Below, in pieces: positions 52,978 to 64,000 of a stretch of 64,000 nt of DNA (positions are counted from its first letter, which is position 1; every line of letters begins with the position of its first letter). Under the pieces are notes generated by a model that saw only the letters and a program-made list of their open reading frames with translations, made no database searches and was not told where the DNA came from. The position numbers and the translations under genes are program-made. The stretch spans positions 158,472,001 to 158,536,000 of the forward strand of contig OX597815.1 in the NCBI GenBank assembly GCA_951406725.2, given 5' to 3'. This DNA is from Octopus vulgaris. Taxonomy: Eukaryota.

Positions 52978-53647
52978 ATGTGCGTGTATGTGTGTGTATG
53001 TGTGTATACGTTTATTACGCACACAAACACGCAAGTACGTGCACATACACATACTCACACGATTCACACACGCGCAACCCCACACATTTTTTCTGTCTCG
53101 CGCACGCAAACACACACACACACACCACACACACATCCTAAAGGGTGTAGCGGCAATATATCATGTGAATGATTTCAACCAAACGTCGAAAATGACTTTA
53201 GCAAAATGGGAGACAGTGACTGCGGTGTTTCCGTTTTGAACGTGTCCACCCGCAACGGCTCATGATGATAATACACATAGCTTTATTCATTACGCATCTC
53301 AGCTAGCCTGTAATTGACCGTTGCTGCCTAAATGATCAGCGACTGTAAAGGGACAGCTTGCAGCTTGTTTTGAGGCGAATTTTTATTATAAAAATTACTT
53401 ACGAAACACATGTAATATCTCCGTATTATTTCTTAATTGTCTCTATTTCTTTGTCTCGAGTGTTTGTGCGTTTGTTTCCATAGCTTTTGTTTTCATTGTG
53501 CTCTCTTTCTTGCGTCAATCAGATAGCAAAATAAATAAGATTTTAATGATGATTACAACGATGGCGATGATGACGACAACAGCAAACAGCATCATCATCA
53601 TCATCGTCATCATCAGCAGCAGCAGCAACAACAACACTAATAATAAT

Positions 53648-53903
53648 CCTTTCAACTAAAGGCACAAGGCCTGACATTTTAGGCGAGGGAACTAGTCGAT
53701 TGCATCGACCTCACTGTTTCACTGGTACTTAGTTTATCGACCAAGAAAGGATGAAAGGCGATGCTGAACTTGGCGGAATTTGAACTCAGAACGTAAAGAC
53801 GGACGAAATGCCGCTAAGCATTTTGTCCAGCGTACTAACGATTCTGTCAGCTCGCCGCCCTAATAATAATAATAATAATAATAATAAACGTAAGGCTGGA
53901 AGA

Positions 53904-53966
<63 letters not shown>

Positions 53967-54162
53967 CCCTTCTACTGTATATACAATACCTGAAATTCCG
54001 GGGAAGGGGGCTAGTCGATTACATCGACCCGAATGCTTTACTGGTATTTATTTTATCGGCGGCAGAAGGATGAAAGGCAAAGTCAACCTCGGTTGAATTT
54101 AAGCTCACAACGTAAAGACGGACAAAATGCCGCTAAGCATTTTTCCGGCGAGCTAACGATTT
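53648..54162 (-). mobile_element. Two tandem SINE family B copies separated by (TAA)n
   Basis: 53648-53860 and ~53967-54162 are collinear and match the reverse complement of 15395. Confidence 0.85.
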
Positions 54163-54763
54163 CACAAAAGCCCAAAAAATATAATATAAAACGTGTCATA
54201 CAAATCAAGTTATAACCCACCCCCTACACACACATTTACGTGCGTGCGCACAGAAACGCGTATTTAACTGTCGTTGGTGGTGGCGGTGGTGGAATGAGAG
54301 GGAAAAACAATGCGTTAGAACAGGTTAAATATTTTGTATATAATACAAACCAAGACACCTTACAAAGTAGTGAAAATCAGCCACCCTCGTAACTCGTACC
54401 AACTTCCGATCATTTTCTCCAAAGGTTCTCTAAATTCTATCTGAGCCTTTTCTCTGAAGAGTGAAAGGAAAAGTCGGCCACTGTAGTATTCGAACCTAGA
54501 ACGTAAAGGGCCGTAACTAAATACTACAATTCATCTTATCTATTGTATTTACGATTCTGCCAATCAACCAAATAATTTTCTTGAATGGTTTATCAGAAAA
54601 GAAGGTGGCGTAGACGGTCTACACAATCCCCCCTTTACATACAGATATATGACAGGCATGGGGGAAAAAAGGGGGGGGTTATGACGGTGTATGTGTATCG
54701 CATGTTTATGTGCGAGTGTGTGTATGGATGAATGTATATGTATGTGTGAGTATGTGTATATAT

Positions 54764-55139
54764 ACTCTTTTACTTGTTTCAGTCATTTGACTGCGGCCAT
54801 GCTGGAGCACCGCTTTTAGTCGAGCAAATCGACCCCGGGACTTATTCTTTGTAAGCCCAGTACTTATTCTATCGGTCTCTTTTGCCGAACCGCTAAGTGA
54901 CGGGGTCAAGCAATGCTAGGGGGACAAACACAGACACACAAATACACACACACATACATATATATATACATATATACGACAGGCTTCTTTCAGTTTCCGT
55001 CTACCAAATCCACTCACAAGGCATTGGTCGGCCAGGGGCTATAGCAGAAGACATTTGCCCAAGATGCCACGCAGTGGGACTGAACCCGGAACCATGTGGT
55101 TGGTTAGCAAGCTACTTACCACACAGCCACTCCTGTGCC
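54764..55139 (-). mobile_element. tRNA-SINE family A, young subfamily
   Basis: Nearly identical to 56383-56809 apart from a ~24-bp deletion near 54906. Confidence 0.9.
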
Positions 55140-55793
55140 TTTGAACATATATATATATGTTATTGAAAAAACATGTTATTGAAAAAAATAATCTGTGCTC
55201 CCGTTTCAGCACTTTTTGTTCGGATTATTGTTACGTTCTTACTGCTCCCTATGTGTTCGAAGTGGAACAATACATTTCCTAGGGCATTCAATATTTGAAG
55301 AATTTCCAAATATCATTTACTGGAAGAAGTTATTGCAGTGGTAGTTATAATATTCATTCTTATTGAAGATGAGAATAATGGAAACAATGTGGTATCTGTC
55401 TTTCATTCATTAAATCTTTTGACCATTAACAAAAGATTTCATTCGCTTTAGAGTTGTGTGTGATGTTATTTTGTCTTTAGGAGGTGCTTTATATTTTTGG
55501 AGTTTTGCATTATATTTGCTAACATAATTTCCATGTTATTTCCTTCCTAGATTATTGGGTATTCTATGTAAGACAGTTTTTCTATGAAATTTTGATTTTG
55601 TGCGATGTGATGTAGCGTTTCGTCATTGTTTCCTGCTGTCGATACATAACCTATTGGCGATAATATCTATTACTGATATGTCCATTGTAACATTCAGAGT
55701 AAGGAAGTTTTCAGCTTTCGATTATTTGAAATTTGATACCTGAAATTTAATTACTGGCTATTTAATTACTTGTTTTGTTGTTAAAAATATTTA

Positions 55794-56233
55794 GGATCTT
55801 TTCGGTTTGAACGGCAATTTTTTCTAGCGGTGTCATATGAAATTGTCACCCATAATTATGACCCTAGTATCGTTCTATTGCATTTCAATCTGTTTTAGGG
55901 TTAGGGTTAGTTAGGGTTAGTTAGTGTTAGGGGTGGGGAGAAGGGTATCTTTTTTCTTCAGAAATGTAAATAAACTCAATCTGTTTCTTAAACGAGGGAC
56001 ATATTCATACGACACAGAATGTTTTTCACCTCAATAGACGTCATTGATTGGTTGAAATCGCAGAAATTGAAGAAAAAAAACAACAACAAATATCTTACAA
56101 ACTATAGAATTTTCTCAATAAAGCCAAGAGAAAAAGATGTTTTATAAACACATTCTACCAGTATACGAAGTTTAAAAGTGTTTAGTTACGTGGATATTAT
56201 TTTTAAAAACTGCCGTTCAAACCGAAAAGATCC
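55794..56233. mobile_element. MITE with 23-bp perfect TIRs (Merlin-like) carrying TTAGGG-like repeats
   Basis: GGATCTTTTCGGTTTGAACGGCA / TGCCGTTCAAACCGAAAAGATCC; 8-bp near-TSD AATATTTA / ATTATTTA; GG termini. Confidence 0.85.
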
Positions 56234-56382
56234 ATTATTTAAAATTCTCTGGTTATTATCAGTGCTGGTTGTTAGTCTTGATAGGTAATTGGACCCAAAG
56301 AATTTAGGATTACAAATATAAGTTAAAAAGATTTGAATATAGCCGTCTCAATAACACGTGTTGAGAAAAAAATTTTCCCTAT

Positions 56383-56605
56383 ACTCTTTACTCTTTTACT
56401 CTTTTACTTGTTTCAGTCATTTGACTGCGGCCATGCTGGAGCACCGCCTTTAGTCAAGAAAATCGACCCCGGGACTTATTCTTTGTAAGCTCAGTACTTA
56501 TTCTATCGGTCTCTTTTGCCGAACCGCTAAGTGACGGGGGCGTAAACACACCAGCATCGGTTGTCAAGCAATGCTAGGGGGACAAACACAGACACACTAA
56601 CACAT

Positions 56606-56638
<33 letters not shown>

Positions 56639-56809
56639 CATATATACGACAGGCTTCTTTCAGTTTCCGTCTACCAAATCCACTCACAAGGCATTGGTCG
56701 GCCCGGGGCTATAACAGAAGACACTTGTCCAAGATGCCCCGCAGTGGGACTGAACCCGGAACCATGTGGTTGGTTAGCAAGCTACGTACCACACAGCCAC
56801 TCCTGCACC
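56383..56809 (-). mobile_element. tRNA-SINE family A, young subfamily
   Basis: Full length with (AGTAAAAG)n-type tail repeats. Confidence 0.9.
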
Positions 56810-57348
56810 ACACAGCCACACAGCCACACTACCACACAGCCACACTGCCACACTGCCACTATGCATACATACGCGCATAATCCCAATCACACACAGAATG
56901 CATACACATGGTTATATATGCATTGGACCCATCAGGATACTTTCTCCTTTTGTCCTGTATGTCAATAGTTAGAATGAAGGCGTATAAATTCTTATTTATT
57001 TTACAGCGAAGCATTATAATTAAATTTACTTTAGTTCTTCTGTCTTAAAACAATAAATATTGTTTAATTTATGCCGAGCCATCAAAAGTACAAATGTGCA
57101 AATTAGACTATCCACCAGGGTGCTGACCTAATTTATGACTACTTTATGAGCGGCTGATCTATGCTGTTTGATTAGGAAAGAGAGCCGGGTACTTCTCTGA
57201 GGAGTGGTCAACAAATCATAAAATGGTCTATCAGGGGACACGCTCCCGCTTTTTTTTCAACAAGCCGCTAATATAGAAAGAATGTGTTTTACATTCTTAT
57301 TTAAGTTGCAGTGTGGTTTGTAATTTATATATACATACTAGCGCGCGT

Positions 57349-57388
<40 letters not shown>

Positions 57389-57759
57389 GCATACACTCGC
57401 ACTCACATATATATACGACGGCCTTCTTTCAGTTTCTTTTTACTAAATGCACTCACAATATATATATATATATGCTTGTATATATGTGTGTGTGTGTGTG
57501 TGTGTGCATGTGTCTTTGCTATTGTTTCTACCCCACCTCCTTTGTCAATCGTGTTTGTCCTATGTTCCCGTAACTTAGCGGTAGAATAAATTTCAGATTA
57601 AAACCTTTCAAAGTTGTGCCCCAGTATGACTGCAGTCTAATGAATGAAACATGTAAAATATGTACGATATAATGTATGCATGTAAGTATGTATGCATATA
57701 TTAAATTACTGAGGAAAAGAGAAAACAACAGATAATTAAATGAGCCGACCCATATATTC

Positions 57760-57800
<41 letters not shown>

Positions 57801-57835
57801 CATACATACATACATACATACACATATATACATAC

Positions 57836-57888
<53 letters not shown>

Positions 57889-58611
57889 AGATAAACAGCT
57901 AGATAATAGAGCTCGATTCATATACAAACAAGTGAATAGATACATAATTCTATTACAAGGGCGTTTCATATTCTCTTTAGTTAAGGGACCTAATATTATT
58001 GCTTTATAGTAAAGACCATTACATTAAAGAATCTAAAAGTGGATATATCTGGCGCCTAGGCAGGCATGTATCTCTTTAACAACTTGACTATATATTAGCA
58101 GAGGGGTAAATACCATACTCGAACCAGACAGTCACATTGAAGGTCATTACATATTTAAATATATATGGAGCTAGAGATGTAGCATGAATTATATAGGACT
58201 CGAGGAAGGAGATTATAGTATCTAGTTTTGGGTATCATCTCGACTATAATGTTCTAATTTCGAGCAGATGAAAATTTGATGTCTATATATCTCAGGATCA
58301 ATACAATGAAACCATTAATTCAACTGCAGTTAAATCATTCAAAAATCTATCGATTATAAGATGGATTTACAATCAGATGTGGAGAGATACACATAAACGA
58401 AAGTATATTTGTATATTTTACATATAAAGACACGCATTAAAATATGTGTGTTTCAGCTTGTGTGTAATTAAATTTACAAATAGGCATATCCATATTTGTT
58501 TTAATCTTGGATTTCCGCCATGCTGGTGCACCATACTCACGTGTTTAGTAAATCAAACTGAGCTTGTTGCTCACTTTCTCGTTTCCACACCCTGCTTCTT
58601 TAAGTTTGTTC

Positions 58612-59000
58612 TACGAAGGGGTGCTAAAAAGTTCCTGGCTTTAAACCTTAGATGACAGGGCCAATCTATCGTCCGAAAAATCAAATGACGAAGAAAGACT
58701 GTGTTAGTTTCATTCAATTTCCTACAAGGATATATATAGTTTTATATATGTAAAGTCATGACTTTATTTTAAATGTAAAAAAAAAAAAAATGTGTATTCC
58801 ATCTGTAGGTCTTTTTGGCGCTGAAACTCCAAATGAGGCTCCGTCTGCAAAGGATTAAACACATCATGAAAGGCCTGGTTAGAAGCCCAGCCTTCCGAGT
58901 TCCTTTACAAAGGTCAGGAAAACTGAAGTGCCGCTACAATAAGTGTGTAAATCTGGGAGGGGAATATGCTGAATAAAATCATAATTAATTGATTTTCTTT
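58612..59000 (+). mobile_element. Mariner deletion relic
   Basis: TA-CGAAGGGGTGCTAAAAAGTTCCTGGC TIR-like start; C-terminal KAWLEAQPSEF...KLKCRYNKCVNLGGEYAE*. Confidence 0.65.
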
Positions 59001-59005
59001 CACTC

Positions 59006-61357
59006 TGTTATAATCCTTAAAATACTGGATGTTTATAACCCCCACTTCAGTATACGGTATACGTAGTAAAACCAATAAAGACACCACTAACTCTGACTAC
59101 CTACTATGTACTCCCGTACTTCACGTACTTCTCTTTACTTATAGTGACTATGTCTTTCCATTTGTCACATGGGAGGGGTGTACCAATATTACTAATTCCT
59201 TACAAAATCTCCCCTTTTAAGTTTTTTTTTAGGAAGTGTCATTTTATTTAGCATGAATTTTTTATTCATTCCACCTCTCTTTCTGAGTTTTTTTTCGTAC
59301 AATTTAATATTTTTTGCACTTGGCATCTCTTTTCAGGAACTCTATATGTTTTCGTTTCCTCTCCCTTGTACGCTTGGGTTCAATCATTTGCAGTGACGTT
59401 GGTACTTGGATAGTATCGAACAATCATTCTATTGGTCCCTCCAACTTCTTAGGTTTGCTTTCCGCAAATCTCTTTTTCAGTTGGTTCTTGCATCACTTTT
59501 GTCTTCCTTTTCTACTTTTTACCTAATACATCATTTTACCTATGCATTTTGTAATTATGCTATCTTACCAATTCTGCTTTCCATTCTTGTATGCCATCAT
59601 ATATACCTTTTCACCAACTTTAAAGAATCTTTCTATGTTTTCCCTGACACTTTTTCTTTTCTTGCCAGGAAGCAATTTATCAAAGACTGATTTTACTTTC
59701 CTTGCAAACATCAGCTCCGCTAGTGATCTATTCGGATTTGGTGTCACACGGTACGCTCTTAAGAATTGTTGAGGAAGAGCTGTCTCATCCGTGACTTCCT
59801 TATTCGATTTTCTAAGGGTTCTTTTGAAATTATCGACAAAGCGTTTTTGCCTGTCCATTAGATTTGGAATGGTGTGGCGCCGTAGTCATATGTTCTACAG
59901 CGAACGTTTCACAAATTTTTTTAAATTCGCTAGACACAATTTGAGTTCCTTTGACAGACACTATCTTGTTTGGGATGCCAAAGCTTGCAAACAAGTCTTG
60001 TAAAGAATTTATCACAGTTGAGGAGGTTGGTTTTTTACAATTGCAAATTTCAAGCCATTTCGAAAACTATCAACTACCGCTAAGTAGTAAAAACTATTTA
60101 AAGGACCAGCGAAATCGATGTGTAATCTCGACCACGGAACATCTACTTTTGGCCAAGCTTCACTTTTTATCGTGTGAAAATTTTAATTTTGTTTTGGCTT
60201 ACATACAGGTGTTCCACTCTATTTTACTGCAATTTTTATTTCAGTCCCTCAGCCGCATTCGAACCTTCGACTGAAGCAACTGTATTTCCACACAAAACAC
60301 CTATGGGCGTATACCACAATTTGAACAATTCCGTTCACTCTGTGCCGATTAAATTAAGTGAACTTTTTAACACATATATCTTTGCCTTTTTCGTTTGACC
60401 TCGAAATGTTACATTACATACGAATTCACTGAAAAAATATATTTTTCCCGTCACACTATGTGCTACCTTTTTCGATTTAATTAGTTTCAGCTTACCGACA
60501 CATTTCCAAGACTTTTTCGTGTATAATGGTGATATTACTAGCAGTGTCCAACTGCATTTTAACACATGTATTTCTGATTGTCTCCTTCACGAATTTCCTC
60601 ATCGTTATGTTATCAATTTCTTCCGATGATATACTGTTTATTTTTTTCCTTTGTTCTGACGTTTTGTCATCTTCGTTCTACTGTGCATCTTTATATGTCC
60701 TGTATTTCCGCAACGAAAACACTCCGATATTCTAAATAAACAATTTTTCCTCAGGTGCTTACCGCCATATGCAAAACATGGGTTTGTTTCCTGATTTTTG
60801 TCATGTTTGTTAGAAAACACTTAATCTCTATTCTGATTATTTCGCACTTACTTTACTTGGAAATAATCTTTACGTTCAATTTCCTCAGAACACACTCAAA
60901 GCGAGGAGATATTCAGTAACTCCGCGTGTCTCTTTCTTTGCTTTTTAAAGGTTCTCAGAGTATGAAGCCCTGAAGCTGCTTTTTTCTGCCGCAAATATTG
61001 TAGTTGAAATTCTTATAATACCATTGAATACCACTGACTAGATATTTTAAGAACTTCTTAATCAAAAAGATATTTTAAGAACTTCTTAATCAGAAAGAAA
61101 ATGAAAATTTTACTTTGTCTATTCTAAGCACCTTTTTCCTTATTCCTTAATTTCAAATTCAAATTTTTAATCTCGACAGACTTTATGAAGAAACGATTAC
61201 CTCCCTTACCCGCTCGGGGACAAGATAATAACTATGTCAGCTTTCTCATTTCTTTTTAGGAGAAAATCATAGGCAAAAGAAAGGGTTTTTGTAAAGCAGT
61301 ATTGTCAAACTTGCAACAGGAACCTGCTAAAATCCACACTATCCTTGTTTGCCGCGA
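59006..61357 (-). mobile_element. Decayed Ty3/Gypsy LTR retrotransposon (gag knuckle, protease, integrase, 3' LTR; RT/RNase H missing)
   Basis: Zinc knuckles CFRCGNTGH (60638-60820); protease VKMQLDTAS near 60540-60565; integrase HIDFAGPL...DLFASFGIPNKIVS...PHHSKSNGQA; PPT AAAAGGGGAGA then TG...CA LTR at 59204-59006. The 5' limit is uncertain. Confidence 0.85.
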
Positions 61358-61689
61358 TGTTTGCAATCATGAATGTGGGAAACAGTAATGCTATTCTTAT
61401 TGTTATTGATGTATGTGTCTTCATATATATTCGTAGTCATGTTAGAATCACCAGATACATAACTATTATAAAAAAAAGTTCGTATTTTCATTTATAATTA
61501 TTTTCTGCTTTTGTGCGTTGTTTGGGAAAAATCTTTTGCTCGGTAAGAGAGCGTGTCTGGTGGATATTTTCTATTGATTGTAGCTAGCGAAGAATATATT
61601 TTCATAATAACGATTTTTCTTAAATTTGACACAACAAAGGATAAATGAAAACTTCTCGCCTCCTTGACTATTACTTCCGTGGAATAAAA

Positions 61690-62160
61690 TACAATAGCAA
61701 TCCAATTTTTGCGAATACATACAGGAAGGGCGAGAACAGAGAGCAGATTCTAAAGCAAGAAAGGACTGAACATAATGGCTTGTGCTCTCTTCGCACAGCA
61801 ACGCCTGGGATGGCTTTGTTATGTTAGCAGAATGGAAGACGGACGAATCCCAAAAGTCTTCTGCACTAGCCTTAATAGAAGATCACTTCTACATTAAAAA
61901 GATATCTGCAAAATAAGACAAGTTAGAAAGAATTTATTGCAGACAGCAGTAACTTGTAAACATGATGTGAAGATAGACATGCAGAGGAAAGATCAGAGAA
62001 GCATTGAACAGTGACAGAAGAAAAAAAAAATAAATAAAACGTAGACAAAAGAAATCTACATCAACATCACTGCAGCTAAGTACAATTATTTTCCTACAAA
62101 AACTAACACAAAGAATGCCAGTCAGATTGAGCTATACACTTCAGAAGGCATTGCAGCTCA
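61690..62160 (+). mobile_element. Decayed RTE-like LINE 3' relic
   Basis: QQRLGWLCYVSRMEDGRIPKVF (RLRWLGHVxRMEDGRIPK motif). Confidence 0.65.
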
Positions 62161-62213
62161 AATCTTAACTGAGCGACTGGCTCGAACATATACACACACG
62201 TACACAGACACAG

Positions 62214-62274
<61 letters not shown>

Positions 62275-62276
62275 TG

Positions 62277-62308
<32 letters not shown>

Positions 62309-62311
<3 letters not shown>

Positions 62312-62533
62312 TAAAATTATAAATAAGGGTATCTAAAAGACACCATCATGCTAGAGATAGCAGTCAAAACTTGACTTTAAAACCACATCAAGTTTTGACT
62401 GCTATCTCTTGCATGAGGGTATCTTTTAGATACCCTTAATTATGATTTTAATAATAATTATAACCTATGAGGTTTTAATTCCCATGCTAGCCACTTGATA
62501 TGATCGGTATTTTAAATAACGATCTTATCCTTA
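62309..62533. repeat. Fold-back element: 66-bp arms, 13-nt loop, ~80-nt tail, in (TA)n
   Basis: 62309-62374 is the reverse complement of 62388-62453 with a few mismatches. Confidence 0.88.
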
Positions 62534-62570
62534 TATATATATATATTTAAAAAAAAAGATGCGTCCTTTT

Positions 62571-62808
62571 AAAGCCTAGCCAGGCTCATGGGCCCGGTTT
62601 CGCGGTTTCAATGGCGTATGTGTTCCCCAGCTGAATGGGACGCCAGTCCATCGCAGCATTACTCATTTTTTGCCAGCGGAGTGGACTGGAGCAACGTGAA
62701 ATGAAGTGTTTTGCTCAAGAACACAACGCGTCGTCCGGTCCAGGAATCGGAACCACAATCTTACGATCATGATGCTGACACCCTAACCACTAAGCCACGC
62801 GCCTCCAC
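62571..62808 (-). mobile_element. tRNA-SINE family C, full length
   Basis: Minus: A box TGGCTTAGTGG, B-box-like GGTTCCGATTCC, GTGTTCTTGAGCAAAACACTT and CTGCGATGGACTGGCGTCCC. Confidence 0.85.
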
Positions 62809-62821
62809 ATATAATATATAT

Positions 62822-62918
<97 letters not shown>

Positions 62919-62938
62919 TATACATATAGTGAATATGC

Positions 62939-63430
62939 GTGTACTCCATCCCATGACGCTGTGGTAGGTTATACAAAGGGGAAACATGTCGCCCCTCAAA
63001 ATAAGAGTATAGGAAACATCGCAAAGCTGTGCCACGGGGAAATATTGATATATCGGGTATAGCTGATCATGTATGCAAAAATGGAGACTACCTCCTCCTA
63101 TGGGATTAAGTTAAAATAATAGACACAGAACACCACTGGAAAATACGAAAACTAAAAAAAGCAGCATGTAGGAACCGGTATTAAGGAAGGATAGGAGAAT
63201 ATTAGATTTATAAGCCCTAAAATTCACTGCATATACCACGGGCATATAGTATAGTGATTAAGAGCGCGGGCTACTAACCACAAGATTCTCAGTTCGATTC
63301 CAGGCAGTGATAAAAAATTACCTTAGGAATGAGAACCCAGTTTCGAAATTTCCCCAAGAAGGCTGGAGGGTATATTATCCGAAACAACAAACAAGATGAG
63401 GACAAATATCCGTCAATTGTAAATAATGTA
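62939..63430 (+). mobile_element. Penelope (Poseidon-like) 3' end: GIY-YIG relic, tRNA-like segment and hammerhead remnant
   Basis: VYSIP*RCGRLYKGETCRP/KIRV*/HRKAVPRGNIDISGIADHVCKNGDYLLLWD*VKIIDTEHHWKIRKLKKAA (62939-63166); tRNA-like 63240-63305. Confidence 0.75.
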
Positions 63431-64000
63431 GAAGAAACAAAATACCCTGTTGTTGATGCTGAAATTCCACTTGAATTTCTTAACCGAAATTCAAGTGGAA
63501 TTTCTGGTTCTTTATTGACTAGAAATCTTGAAATAAAACTGAACAATGACGTACGCACACACATACATATACATATACATACATACATACATACATACAT
63601 ACATACATACATACATACATACATACATACATACATACATACTAATGCAGAACTTACAGCTCTTGTACTCTGACTATGAATTTTCATTTGCACCTATCAT
63701 CATAGGTGCATAAGATTATGTACCAACAAATATAAAAAAAATCCCCCAAAACTTAGAAATACTCGGTCTCCCGGAGAAAGTTCAAAAGAAATTGATACGG
63801 ATTCTCCAAATCCAATCTATCAGTGGCACAGTGAAAATTTGCACGACATTCCAAAGATTCTCCATCTGAGATTTTTATGTGAATAGACGCACACACATGG
63901 GTGTGTGAATGGACAGTTCAACCAACACACCAACTCAACTACATATTTAAAAACACCGGGAACTCTCTTAACTCAAAAGGCTTTGTTGCTTTGTTAGCAA
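63431..64000 (+). mobile_element. Decayed RLE-type (R4/Dong/NeSL-like) non-LTR retrotransposon 3' end interrupted by (ACAT)n
   Basis: MQNLQLLYSDYEFSFAPIIIGA*DYVP...LEILGL...KKLIRILQIQSISGTVKICTTFQRF (~63643-63870) resembles the restriction-like endonuclease C-terminus (PIIIGALG). Confidence 0.65.

Noticed and set aside
62954-62956. TGA at a conserved Cys position as selenocysteine
   Set aside because: The same relic has TAG and TAA stops and frameshifts, so decay is simpler.
63240-63305. Functional tRNA gene
   Set aside because: No clean cloverleaf or oligo-T terminator; embedded in a retroelement.

Overview
AT-rich eukaryotic non-coding (intergenic or intronic) DNA. The SINE families and the very high density of (TA)n, (CA)n, (ACAT)n, (TTA)n and (GAT)n repeats point to Octopus (from recognition, not a search). 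No host protein-coding gene can be supported; almost all ORF-track entries are microsatellite translations. The identifiable content is transposable elements: three tRNA-derived SINE families, about six Helitron derivatives, mariner and maT relics, hAT, pogo-like and Merlin-like MITEs, RTE and RLE LINE 3' ends, an internally deleted Ty3/Gypsy, and several Penelope-like (PLE) pieces. The most interesting signal is a microsatellite-associated PLE/ribozyme set. It includes an uninterrupted Naiad-like GIY-YIG ORF followed by a well-formed type I hammerhead ribozyme (44711-44764) and three short non-coding elements with minimal hammerhead-like motifs. It also includes a hammerhead relic with a long stem II, three fold-back hairpin-plus-tail inserts in (TA)n, and a PLE 3' end containing a tRNA-like Pol III module. 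All alignments, folds and translations outside the ORF track were done by eye.
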